From contig JAUIKS010000004.1 of NCBI GenBank assembly GCA_030430565.1, forward strand, positions 397,992 to 461,991: DNA of 64,000 nt, read 5' to 3'. The notes beneath the pieces were generated by a model. That model was not told where the DNA came from, made no database searches, and was given only the letters and a program-made list of their open reading frames with translations. Numbering within the stretch: position 1 is the stretch's first letter; each line of letters opens with the position of its first letter. A program made the translations under genes and the position numbers. This stretch comes from Polyangia bacterium (GTDB lineage: Bacteria > Myxococcota_A > Polyangia > Nannocystales > Nannocystaceae). Positions 45,587-54,988 of the stretch are shown here, in pieces.

Positions 45587-45716
45587 GGGGCCGGTGCAGA
45601 TCGTCGCCGATCGTCGGGTCGTCGGCAAGTCGATCGCGCGGTTGTGCACCGCGAGCTCGCGCTGTGGCCCAGAGGCAAAAGGCCACAGCGCGGACGGGCG
45701 CGACGACTCCGGTACG

Positions 45717-46004
45717 ATGTCGTCGATGTCGTGGGAATACCATTGGGACGCGCGCCAGCAGGAGGAGATTCGGGAGCTGCGGCTCAACGCGGAGTGGGAC
45801 GCCGAGACGCTGCAGCAGGTCAAGGGCGCGCTCGAGGCGACGCAGCGCCGCGTCAACCGTCTCGAGCTGCTGCTGCACGGGCTGCTGATGTACCTGGAGA
45901 ACCAAGGCTCCATCGATCGCGGGACGCTCGAGGTCATCATGCGCCAGCTCGATCGGGCCGACGGGCGCGAGGACGGCAAGATCGAGGCGCCAGAGGAATT
46001 ATGA
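45717..46004 (+). CDS. Small hypothetical helical protein (95 aa), translationally coupled to the downstream PqqB-like gene
   Basis: Its stop TGA overlaps the start ATG of the next gene (ATGA). Predicted coiled-coil-like sequence. Confidence 0.4.
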   Translation: MSSMSWEYHWDARQQEEIRELRLNAEWDAETLQQVKGALEATQRRVNRLELLLHGLLMYLENQGSIDRGTLEVIMRQLDRADGREDGKIEAPEEL

Positions 46005-47095
46005 CCCGCGCGCGCGGTCTCGGGGCGCTTCGCCGATGGCGACGCGCGAGCGCTCGCGTCAGCGCGTCGCTCTTCGGCCTGCTGGCCTGCACGCCGCCCG
46101 TCTCACCGCCGGGTGACCGCGCGCGCGCGCGGGCGCCAGCGGAGTCGCCGACGGAACTCTCGCCGCGCGCCCGCGCGGACGTCCCGAGCGCGCGCACGCC
46201 AACCCGGGTGGACGGTCCGCGGATCCGCGTCCTCGGGATCGCGCAGGATGGGGGGATGCCCCACGCGGCGTGCTCGTGTGAGCGCTGCGCCGCGGCTCGA
46301 GCTCATCCGGAGCGGCGGCGGCACGTGGCGAGCCTCGGGATCATCACGCCCTCGCGCACGGTGCTGGTCGACGCCACGCCGGATATCCGCGAGCAGCTGG
46401 TGATGCTCGCCGACGTCGGCGCGCGCGGGCAGGGGGCGACGCGGGGCGCGGTCGATCGCCACCCCGTCGACGGCGTGCTGCTGACCCACGCGCACATCGG
46501 GCACTACCTCGGGCTCGCGTTCCTCGGCTTCGAGGCGATCAGCACGAAGCGCCTGCGGGTCCACGCGAGCCCGGCGATGTCCGCCTTCCTCAGCGCGAAC
46601 GCGCCATGGGAGCAGCTCGTGCGGATCGAGAACATCACGCTCGAGCCGATCGCCGCGGGCTCGGGGATCGAGCTCGCCGACGGCGTGCGCGTCACCGCGG
46701 TCCGCGTGCCGCACCGCGACGAGTACGCTGACACGCTCGCCTATCGACTCGAGGGCGCGCGCGCGCGCGTGCTCTACCTCCCCGACTGCGATCCCTGGGC
46801 GCGCTGGCGCGACGATCCGCTCGGGCTGTTCGACAGCGTCGACGTCGCGCTCGTCGACGGCTCGTTCTTCTCGGGCGACGAGCTGCCGGGGCGCGACCTT
46901 TCGAAGATCGGGCACCCGCTGATGACGGACACCATGGACCTGCTCGAGTCACGGGTCGCCGCGGGGACCCTCGAGGTCGCGTTTATCCATCTCAATCACT
47001 CGAACCCGGCGCTGGTCGCCGGCAGCGAGGCGCGCGCGGCGATCGAGGCCCGCGGCTTCACGGTCGCGCGCGAGGGCGACGAGCTGCCGCTGTAG
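46001..47095 (+). CDS. pqqB: PqqB-like MBL-fold metallo-hydrolase
   Basis: RVLGIAQDGGMPHAACSCERC and LLTHAHIGHYLG (the MBL HxHxDH region) are characteristic of the PqqB family. No other pqq genes lie nearby. Confidence 0.6.
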   Translation: MTRARGLGALRRWRRASARVSASLFGLLACTPPVSPPGDRARARAPAESPTELSPRARADVPSARTPTRVDGPRIRVLGIAQDGGMPHAACSCERCAAARAHPERRRHVASLGIITPSRTVLVDATPDIREQLVMLADVGARGQGATRGAVDRHPVDGVLLTHAHIGHYLGLAFLGFEAISTKRLRVHASPAMSAFLSANAPWEQLVRIENITLEPIAAGSGIELADGVRVTAVRVPHRDEYADTLAYRLEGARARVLYLPDCDPWARWRDDPLGLFDSVDVALVDGSFFSGDELPGRDLSKIGHPLMTDTMDLLESRVAAGTLEVAFIHLNHSNPALVAGSEARAAIEARGFTVAREGDELPL

Positions 47096-47952
47096 CGCGC
47101 CGCGCCGGAGCTGCTCGCGCGGGGCTGGAGCGCGGTCGCGTGGTCTCGCCGCCAGCGCTCGAGCAGCGCGCGGTCGTCGAGCTGCCAGGGGTGAAACCAC
47201 GGGCTGAAGTACGCGAGCCAGTGCGGGATCAGCCTGTGCACGCGCTGCTCGAGGAACAAGAACCGCCCGAGGTCGCGCCACTCGGCGGCGCTCCACTGGA
47301 TCCCGTCGGTCCGCATCATCAGCCACTGCTGGTGCAGGATGCGGGCCCAGAAGATCAGCGAGGTGATCAGCATGACGACGGCGCGCACGCTGTATCTCCC
47401 ACCTGTCTTCGCGTACACGTCGAACGCGACCGACTTGTGCTCGCACTCCTCGGCCGCGTGCCAGCGCCAGAGCGCGGCGAGGCGCGGATCGGCGCGATCG
47501 AGCACACGTGACTCATCGGACAGCACGAAGTGCCCGAGCAGCGCGGTCCAGTGCTCGAGCGCGGTCGTCGCGGAGAGGCTGACGCGGTGGCGAAACGCGC
47601 CGCTCAGCCGCGGCAGCCGCAGCAGCGCCGCGATCCCGCGCTCGAGGCCCTCGACGTCGTAGCCCTGCCGCCGCAGCATGCGGTTGTAGTCCTCGTGCTC
47701 GCGCGTGTGGATCGCTTCCTGCGAGGTGAACGCGCGAACCTCCGCGACCAGCTGCGGGTCGTCCGCGACCTGCGGGCGGTAGTGCGCGACGCTCTTGATG
47801 AAGAAGCGCTCGCCGAGCGGGAACAGCGTCGAGAGGTTGTTGAAGAACAGCGTGACCGCGCGCCGCTGCCCGTGCCAGTAGCGGGGGACCGTGTCGTCGA
47901 GCTCGAAGACCACGTCGCGAACCGCAAACTCCGCCTGGTTGATTTCGCCCAT
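46996..47952 (-). CDS. Predicted metal-dependent hydrolase (PF10118-like)
   Basis: Motifs HAAEECEHKSVAFDVY and EAIHTREHEDYN. RBS GGAGGA lies immediately upstream of Met 47952. Confidence 0.55.
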   Translation of the reverse strand: MGEINQAEFAVRDVVFELDDTVPRYWHGQRRAVTLFFNNLSTLFPLGERFFIKSVAHYRPQVADDPQLVAEVRAFTSQEAIHTREHEDYNRMLRRQGYDVEGLERGIAALLRLPRLSGAFRHRVSLSATTALEHWTALLGHFVLSDESRVLDRADPRLAALWRWHAAEECEHKSVAFDVYAKTGGRYSVRAVVMLITSLIFWARILHQQWLMMRTDGIQWSAAEWRDLGRFLFLEQRVHRLIPHWLAYFSPWFHPWQLDDRALLERWRRDHATALQPRASSSGAARYSGSSSPSRATVKPRASIAARASLPATSAGFE

Positions 47953-47964
47953 CTCGCTCCTCCG

Positions 47965-47984
47965 TGTCACGACAAGATGTGACA
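47965..47984. promoter_or_regulatory. Inverted repeat TGTCAC-N8-GTGACA in the divergent intergenic region between the hydrolase gene and merR; a candidate operator
   Basis: Perfect 6-bp arms. The surrounding 60 bp are the most AT-rich in the window (TTGTTTATTGTTACATCGATTGATGTCAAC). Confidence 0.45.
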
Positions 47985-48129
47985 TTGTTTATTGTTACAT
48001 CGATTGATGTCAACTTTAAATTTCGCCGCTCGCGGGTACCTGGCGAAGAATTGGGGCGATCGGTATCGTGCGGGCGTACCGGAGCGGGCTTGCGCCACTC
48101 GCGCCATCACGCTCCGTTCGGGAACCGCG

Positions 48130-48900
48130 ATGGCCGAGTACTCGATCGACGAGCTTGCGCGTGTGGCGCAGACGACGGTGCGAAACATCCGCTCGTACCA
48201 GTCCAAGGGCCTGCTCCCGACGCCGCGCCGCGACGGGCGGACCAACGTGTACTCCGACGTTCACCTCGCGCGTCTGCGGTTGATCGCCAACCTGCTCGGC
48301 CGCGGCTTCACCCTGACGAGCATCGACGAGGTGCTGACGGCCTTTGAGCGCGGCGACGGCTTCTCGGAGCTGCTGGGGCTCGAGGCCGCGATCACCTCGC
48401 CGTGGGCGACCGAGCCCCCGGGACAGGTCTCGCTGGTCGAGCTCGCCACGATGTTCGGCGCGGCGTTCTCGCCCGCCGGGGTCAAGCGGGCGATCGAGCT
48501 CGATCTCATCCGCCGCAGCGGGCCCGCGCGTTTTGTCGCGCCGAGCCTGCGCCTGCTCAACGTCGGCGCCGAGCTGGTGCGGGCTGGCATCCCGCTGGAG
48601 GTCTTGTTCGAGCAGATCGCGGAGCTCCGTCGCGATGTCGAGAGCATCTCGCGGCGCTTCGTCCAGCTGATCGCGCGCGAGGTCTTCGACCGCTACGGGC
48701 GCGACCGGATCCCGCCGCCCAGCGAGCAGCGTCGACTCACCGAGTTCGTCAAGCGCGTGCGCCCGATGGCGAAGACCGCGGTCGAGGTCGAGCTGGCGCG
48801 CGCGCTCGAGGGGGTCGTGCAGGAGGAGCTGGGGCAGCGCCTCGAGCGAATCCTTCAGCTCAAGGACAGCGTCGAGGCGGCGGCGGACGAGAGCTCGTAG
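48130..48900 (+). CDS. MerR-family transcriptional regulator
   Basis: N-terminal HTH YSIDELARVAQTTVRNIRSYQSKGLLPTPRRDGRTNVYSDVHLARLRLIANL. Start moved to Met 48130. Confidence 0.8.
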   Translation: MAEYSIDELARVAQTTVRNIRSYQSKGLLPTPRRDGRTNVYSDVHLARLRLIANLLGRGFTLTSIDEVLTAFERGDGFSELLGLEAAITSPWATEPPGQVSLVELATMFGAAFSPAGVKRAIELDLIRRSGPARFVAPSLRLLNVGAELVRAGIPLEVLFEQIAELRRDVESISRRFVQLIAREVFDRYGRDRIPPPSEQRRLTEFVKRVRPMAKTAVEVELARALEGVVQEELGQRLERILQLKDSVEAAADESS

Positions 48901-48998
48901 CGAGGTTGTCTTCGGGACATGCGGACGGCGCCGCGCGGATCCACGCGGGCGCGCGTGCTATGTGTCCCGCACGGTCTCGCGCCGTATCGGACTTCGCG

Positions 48999-50477
48999 AT
49001 GCAACTCACCAACAGCTACGCCGCGCTCCCCGAGCGATTTTATCAGCGTGTCCGGCCAACGCCGGTCCGTGAGCCTCGCCTCCTGCTCTTCAACCGCGGG
49101 CTCGCGGACGAGCTCGGCTTCGACCCGGCGCTTGTGGAGCAGCCCGAGCGGCTCGCCGCGTACCTGGGCGGGAATGAGACGCTGCCGGGATCGGAGCCGC
49201 TGGCGACGGCCTACGCGGGTCATCAATTCGGCGGCTTCTCGCCGCAGCTCGGCGACGGTCGAGCGCACCTGCTGGGTGAGCTGACGGGTCGCGATGACGT
49301 CCCGCGCGAGCTGCAGCTCAAGGGATCCGGGCGGACGGCGTTCTCGCGCGGCGGGGACGGGCGCTGCGCGCTCGGGCCGGCGGTGCGCGAGTTCGTGATG
49401 GCGGAGGCGATGCACGCGCTCGGCGTCCGGACGACGCGCAGCCTCGCGGTCGTCACCACGGGCGAGTCGGTGCGCCGCGAGACGCCGCTGCCGGGCGCCG
49501 TCGTCACCCGCGTCGCCCGCAGTCACCTGCGCGTAGGGACATTTCAGTACTTCGCGGTCCGCGGCGACACGGCCGGCCTGAAGGCGCTCTCGGACTACGC
49601 GATCGAGCGCCTGTACCCCGCGCTGCGCGAGCGCCCCGAGGGCCCCGAGCGCTACCTCGGCCTGCTCGAGGCGGTCATCGCCGCGCAGGTCGAGCTGGTC
49701 ACCGACTGGATGCGCGTGGGCTTCATCCACGGCGTGATGAACACCGACAACACCACGATCTCGGGCGAGACCATCGACTTCGGGCCGTGCGCGATGATGA
49801 GCGCCTACGACCCCGCGACCGTGTTCAGCTCGATCGATCGCGGGGGCCGCTACGCCTACGGCAACCAGCCCGGGATCATCGCGTGGAACATGGCGCGCCT
49901 GGCCGAGACCCTGCTGCCCTTGATCGACGAGGACGAGCAGCGCGCGCTCAAGCGCGCGCAGGCCTGCATCTCGACGGTGCCCCACCTGCTCGACGACGCG
50001 TGGCAGACCATGATGGTCGGCAAGCTGGGGCTGCCCAACGCCGACGCCGATGAGGATCGGGCGCTGCTCGCCGCGCTGCTCAAGCAGCTGCACGAGGGCC
50101 GGCTCGACTACACGATCACCTTCGATCGCTTGACCGAGTCGCTGGCCGCCGGGGCGCGCGCCGAGAACGAGGACGAGGACGAGCTAGAGGGCATCGATCG
50201 CGGCTGGATCGAGCGCTGGCGCCGACGGCTCGCCACGCACGACGTCACCGACGAGGCGGCGCGCGCGGCGATGCGGACGCGAAACCCCGTCGTGATCCCG
50301 CGCAACCACCACGTCGAGGCGATCCTGACGATCACGGCGGAGACGCTCGACCCGAGCTACGCCGAGGGCTTCCTCGAGGTGCTGCGGACGCCCTACGAGC
50401 GGCGCCCGGGGACCGAGAAGTTCACGGACGCGCCCGCAGACGGGGACGAGCACTACGTGACCTTCTGCGGGACCTGA
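48999..50477 (+). CDS. selO: Protein adenylyltransferase SelO (YdiU, UPF0061)
   Basis: Motifs YAGHQFGGFSPQLGDGRA, KGSGRTAFSRGGDGR and GFIHGVMNTDNTTISGETIDFGPCAMM; the length is 492 aa. The upstream 199 codons of ORF 48402 are a shadow extension. Confidence 0.85.
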   Translation: MQLTNSYAALPERFYQRVRPTPVREPRLLLFNRGLADELGFDPALVEQPERLAAYLGGNETLPGSEPLATAYAGHQFGGFSPQLGDGRAHLLGELTGRDDVPRELQLKGSGRTAFSRGGDGRCALGPAVREFVMAEAMHALGVRTTRSLAVVTTGESVRRETPLPGAVVTRVARSHLRVGTFQYFAVRGDTAGLKALSDYAIERLYPALRERPEGPERYLGLLEAVIAAQVELVTDWMRVGFIHGVMNTDNTTISGETIDFGPCAMMSAYDPATVFSSIDRGGRYAYGNQPGIIAWNMARLAETLLPLIDEDEQRALKRAQACISTVPHLLDDAWQTMMVGKLGLPNADADEDRALLAALLKQLHEGRLDYTITFDRLTESLAAGARAENEDEDELEGIDRGWIERWRRRLATHDVTDEAARAAMRTRNPVVIPRNHHVEAILTITAETLDPSYAEGFLEVLRTPYERRPGTEKFTDAPADGDEHYVTFCGT

Positions 50478-50723
50478 GCGCCGCGCGTGCGCGCGCGCGA
50501 ATGGCCACAAGGAGATTTTTTCAGAAATTCGCCTCGTCGGCGAATTGCCTCGGCGCGTCGCGACTCTACCGGGATGACGACGCAGCGCGCCTGCCCTGTA
50601 CGCCAGGTGAGGGGGGCGCGGCGCGTGTCGGCGGCGGCCCGCGATCGCGGTGTCGACCTGTCTTTTCAAACACCTCAACCGTCGGCGCGAGCGAACGCTC
50701 GCGCCCGCAGAGAGAGCCCCGTG

Positions 50724-51314
50724 ATGATCGCCATGAACACCTCCTCCCACGCCCGCGTTCGCCCCTCCCATCGCCGCCGCCGCCTTCGCGCGGCGCTGAG
50801 CGCCACGCTCGCCCTGTTCGCGCTGGCCGGCGCGGGCGCCTGCGACGAAGTCGACGACTACGGCGACGACGCCGAGGCCTATCTCGAGGAGCTTGAGGAC
50901 GACGCGATCGAGGACCGCGACGGCGTCGCGTGCCCGGCGGACGACTGGCTCAGCGTCAAAGACACCTACGAGGAGGAGCAGTGGAAGGCCGGCGTCGACG
51001 ACTACGGCTACAAGCTCAAGGAGTGCCAGGTCGCGGCGGAGCAGTGTACGTCCGCGCGCACGCAGATGGCGATCGACCACACCAACGACGCCGCCGACTT
51101 CGCGAAGACCTGCGCGACCTACTGCGCGACCTCGCCGAAGTGCATGAGCTTCATCGGCCCGCTCGTGGTCGAGTGGAGCGGGATGTGCTCGGTCGACGCT
51201 GGCCCCAACGGCGCGAACCTCGACGCCACCTGCGACGTGGAGTACCGGAAGCTGTGTCACTGCAGCCGCTATGAGGATGGCGGCCCCGGCTGGGTCGGTG
51301 AACTCGGCGGGTAG
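50724..51314 (+). CDS. Cys-rich secreted protein, probably a lipoprotein
   Basis: Internal Met followed by LALFALAGAGAC and 12 Cys. A strong Rho-independent-type terminator hairpin lies at about 51336..51372 (GTCGGCGAGC-C-GCTCGCCGAC then T7). Confidence 0.5.
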   Translation: MIAMNTSSHARVRPSHRRRRLRAALSATLALFALAGAGACDEVDDYGDDAEAYLEELEDDAIEDRDGVACPADDWLSVKDTYEEEQWKAGVDDYGYKLKECQVAAEQCTSARTQMAIDHTNDAADFAKTCATYCATSPKCMSFIGPLVVEWSGMCSVDAGPNGANLDATCDVEYRKLCHCSRYEDGGPGWVGELGG

Positions 51315-51557
51315 TCGTCGGCGCCCTCCGAACGCGTCGGCGAGCCGCTCGCCGACGCGGTTTTTTTATTCAAAAATTACGCCTGCAAACGCTGCACTCG
51401 CGCGCCGGCGCAACACCCTCCAGATACGAGCACGACGCGTGTACGGGGTAAAATCGTGTGTTTTCTCCGCGCCGGGCGCTTTCGCGCGGGCGCGATGCTG
51501 CGCTAGTCAGCGCCCTCCACCGCGCGCAGCTTCGCGCGCCCAGGACGGCAAGAATTC

Positions 51558-53237
51558 ATGCGCGCTCTACCCCTTCAACTCCCTGTCTACACCCTGCTCC
51601 TCGCGTCGCTGATGATCGCGCCCGCCTGCGGCGACAGCGGCTCCTCAAGCTCTGAGAGCGACGCCGGCAGCACCGGCGAGTCCAGCAACTCCGGCAACTC
51701 CGGCAACTCCGGCAACGGCTCCAACGGCGGCGAGAGCGACAGCGGCGAGTCGGGCGAGAGCGACAGCGGCGAGACCGGCGAGACCGGCGAGACCGGCGAG
51801 CCCGCGGTCCCGCACGCGCTCGGGACGATCACGCTCACCGAGTCGCACCAGGCGACAGGCGGCTCCTCGGTCCCCGGTGTCGGCGCGTACTTCGTCCCCA
51901 ACACCGAGGGCGGCGGCGGCGGCGGCGGCTGCTACGAGTCCGTGGGCGGCTGTCGCATCGCGCTCGCGCCCGACTGCGGAGAGAGCTGCGCGGTCGATGA
52001 GTACTGCACCTTCAACGACGCCTGCGAGTCACGCTGCGAGCGGATCTGCGACGCGACCTGCGGACCCGACGAGGTCTGCTACTTCCCGGCGCCGGACACC
52101 CCCGGGTGCAAGAAGATCGAGTCCTTCGACGCCGGCGCGCTCACCTTCATCGGCACGCCGATCCCGATCAACCTGTTCCCGCCCTACAACTTCAGCGGCG
52201 ACAGCGGCTCCCCCTTCGCGCCGGGCGGCGAGGCCACGGTGCAGGCCTCGGGCGCGACCGCGGCGGGCTTCGAGGCCTTCGAGAAGGGCTTCACGGGCAC
52301 CAGCTTCCTGCAGACCTCGCCCTCGCTCGACACCCTCACGCTCGCCGACATCTACGGCAACGGTCCGCTCCCCGTGCGCTGGACGCCCGGCGAGGACGAC
52401 ATCGTGATCACGGTCAACGTCACCTCGGCCGACTTCACCTCGGGCGTGCTGATCTGCGAGACCTCGGACGCGAGCGGCTCGTTTGACGTGCCCCGCGAGG
52501 CGCTGCTCCAGGCGATCGACGGCGGCGACATCAACAACCTCTCGATCTCGGTGCAGCGCCAGCGCGTCGAGACCCACAAGGGGCTGACCACGACCGGCAT
52601 GCTCACGGGCGTCACGGTCGAGCCCGAGGGCTGGCTCAACATCGTCACCAGCTCGATCGAGTCCCACACCTACGAGGGCTGCGGCGCCGGCGAGCTGTTC
52701 TGCACCGACGCGTGCGTCGAGACCGACTGGGACAACGACAACTGCGGCGGCTGCGGGAACAAGTGCACCGGCAGCACCTACTGCGAGTACGGCGAGTGCC
52801 TGTGCGAGGACGGCGGGGTGCTGTGCGGGGCTTCCTGCGTCGACACCAACTTCGACGCCAACAACTGCGGCGGCTGCGGGAACAAGTGCCCGATGGGCGC
52901 CGGGTGTGACTGGGGCGAGTGCTACTGCGAGTGGCCGAACGAGGCCTGCGGAGACAGCTGCGCGAACGTCCTGACCGACGAGGACAACTGCGGCGGCTGC
53001 GGGATCTCCTGCGGCAACGGCCAGACCTGCGAGGACGGCGAGTGCGTCGGCGGCGGCGGGACCTCGACCGGCGACGACGACCCCGGCACCTGCTGCATGT
53101 CGCAGAACGGCCCGGGCTGCTCCAACAGTCAGGTCCAGGACTGCGTCTGCGCCCAGGACAGCTACTGCTGCGAGACGCAGTGGGACTCGCAGTGCGTCGG
53201 CGAGGTCGAGGAGTTCAACTGCGGCGTGTGCGGCTAG
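51558..53237 (+). CDS. Lipoprotein with four tandem Cys-rich repeats of the NCGGCG-x2-C type
   Basis: Lipobox IAPAC and a SNSGN linker. The repeats are DNDNCGGCGNKC, DANNCGGCGNKC, DEDNCGGCGISC plus a terminal CVC...CC module, about 40 aa each. Confidence 0.6.
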   Translation: MRALPLQLPVYTLLLASLMIAPACGDSGSSSSESDAGSTGESSNSGNSGNSGNGSNGGESDSGESGESDSGETGETGETGEPAVPHALGTITLTESHQATGGSSVPGVGAYFVPNTEGGGGGGGCYESVGGCRIALAPDCGESCAVDEYCTFNDACESRCERICDATCGPDEVCYFPAPDTPGCKKIESFDAGALTFIGTPIPINLFPPYNFSGDSGSPFAPGGEATVQASGATAAGFEAFEKGFTGTSFLQTSPSLDTLTLADIYGNGPLPVRWTPGEDDIVITVNVTSADFTSGVLICETSDASGSFDVPREALLQAIDGGDINNLSISVQRQRVETHKGLTTTGMLTGVTVEPEGWLNIVTSSIESHTYEGCGAGELFCTDACVETDWDNDNCGGCGNKCTGSTYCEYGECLCEDGGVLCGASCVDTNFDANNCGGCGNKCPMGAGCDWGECYCEWPNEACGDSCANVLTDEDNCGGCGISCGNGQTCEDGECVGGGGTSTGDDDPGTCCMSQNGPGCSNSQVQDCVCAQDSYCCETQWDSQCVGEVEEFNCGVCG

Positions 53238-53300
53238 CGTCCACGCCCTCGAGCGATCACGCGGGCGAGCGCGACGGCGCTCGTCCGCGTTTTTTAGTCT

Positions 53301-54818
53301 CTAGAACGCGTCCGGGATGTCCCAGCGCTCGATCGGGTTGTTCGCGAGGTATTGGACCGGCGCGAAGTAGAGCGCGCCGTCTGGGCTCACGGTGACGCGA
53401 CCGACCCCCGGCATCATGTGATCGAAGTACTCGAAGGTGCCGGCCCAGGGGTTGATCATGATGATCTCGAGGGACGAGAGCCCCGCGTAGACGGTGCCGT
53501 CGAAGGCGTCGTGGCTGAGGCTGGTCACGTCGACCCCCAGCGACATGACCAGCTCGGCCTCGCCGGTCATGGTGTTGAAGCGGTAGATGTCGCCCTCGTC
53601 GACCGCGACGAGCAGGTGCACCGGGCTGATCGGCGCCGAGGCGTGGACGCGCTTGTCGAAGGTGTAGGCCACATCCTGGGTGGCCTCGTCGAGGTCGGCG
53701 GTGTTGTACTCGCCGTTCTGCGTGCTGTTGCCGACGTAGAGCACGCGGTCCTCGCCCCAGGTGAGCCCGAAGGGGCCCGAGTCGGCGCCCTCGCTGCCGA
53801 AGGGTCCGTCGCCGGTGGTCACCGTAGCGACGATGACGATCGGCAGCGGGTTCTGCATGTCGTCCTCGACCAGGCGCGCGACGCCCTGCGGCGGATCGAC
53901 GAAGCAGCCGCAGGAGGCGCAGCAGGTGTAGGTGATGGCGACCTCGCCCAGGCCCTCGACGGGCGCCTCGGCGCCGGGTCCCGCCTCGTCGCTCGGCCCG
54001 CCGGGCGTGTAGTCCTGGGGGATGCTGAGCTGCTTGAGGACCTTGACCTCGCCCATGTTGAGGTTGGAGACGCCTGGCCACTCGGTCAGCTCGCCGTCGG
54101 TGGTCAGGCGGCGCACGTAGTCCGTGCCGCTGCGCAGGGTGACCATCCACGCGGTGCAGTCGTCGGCGAACTCGAGGTCGCCGATCTCGGTGGAGAACGG
54201 CCCGTTGAGCGCGTCGAGATCGGGGCCCTGCTCGCACGTGTGGCTGCGCTCGCAGCTGCAGCCGATCCCCCAGCAGCTGCCGTCCTCGCAGGTGACGCCG
54301 GAGCAGGGCGCGATCGGCAGGCACTCGCCGACGCCGTCGCAGATCGAGCCGGGGCCGCAGGAGCTGGCGCCGCACGCGAGGGACGGGCCGGTGAGCGTGC
54401 ACTCGGTAAACGGCGGCACGCACTCGCCCGAGAGCACGTCGCACAGCTCCCCGTCGCCGCAGGGGTCCGGGAGCGCGCCCGCGCAGTCGAACTCGCACAC
54501 GCCGTCGACGCAGGTCTGCCCGGGGCCGTCGCAGCCCTCGCAGGGGTCGACCGAGCTGGTGGTCGCGCCCTCCGAGGTGCTCGCGTCGGTGCCGGTGGTG
54601 GTGGCGCCCATGGTCGCGCCGGAGGTGGGCGCGGGCTCGGTGCTCGCCGTGCTCGTGGCGCCGCCGCTGCTCGACCCCGTGGCCGGCGCCGCGCTCGTCG
54701 TGCTCGTCGTCGTCGTGGACCCGGCGTCCGTGTCGGTCTCGCGGCTGCTGTCGCCGCAGCCTGGAAGCGCGAGCGCGAGGGGGAGCAGGGAGAGGATCGT
54801 GCGCGCCGCCCGTGTCAT
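53301..54818 (-). CDS. Lipoprotein with a Cys-rich stalk and a C-terminal beta-propeller-like domain
   Basis: Lipobox LPGCGD and a T/S linker. The N-terminal half has CxGC/ExC modules; the C-terminal ~300 aa is beta-rich. Confidence 0.55.
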   Translation of the reverse strand: MTRAARTILSLLPLALALPGCGDSSRETDTDAGSTTTTSTTSAAPATGSSSGGATSTASTEPAPTSGATMGATTTGTDASTSEGATTSSVDPCEGCDGPGQTCVDGVCEFDCAGALPDPCGDGELCDVLSGECVPPFTECTLTGPSLACGASSCGPGSICDGVGECLPIAPCSGVTCEDGSCWGIGCSCERSHTCEQGPDLDALNGPFSTEIGDLEFADDCTAWMVTLRSGTDYVRRLTTDGELTEWPGVSNLNMGEVKVLKQLSIPQDYTPGGPSDEAGPGAEAPVEGLGEVAITYTCCASCGCFVDPPQGVARLVEDDMQNPLPIVIVATVTTGDGPFGSEGADSGPFGLTWGEDRVLYVGNSTQNGEYNTADLDEATQDVAYTFDKRVHASAPISPVHLLVAVDEGDIYRFNTMTGEAELVMSLGVDVTSLSHDAFDGTVYAGLSSLEIIMINPWAGTFEYFDHMMPGVGRVTVSPDGALYFAPVQYLANNPIERWDIPDAF

Positions 54819-54988
54819 CCCGGCCTGTATATCGTGTCCGTAGAGACCTGTCTCTTGAGACCTGTCGATGGCGCGCGCTCGAATCCGCAGCGGTCGGGCG
54901 GCAGCGCGCGAATCCGCGCGTCGCCAGGCGCAAGAAATGCCGCCAAAACGATGTCAAAGTGATATCACTTTAACGTCAAGATGGAAGC

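Noticed and set aside
45585-45716. N-terminal 44 codons of ORF 45585..46004
   Set aside because: They overlap the dehalogenase start region on the opposite strand. The internal Met at 45717 gives a compact coupled gene.
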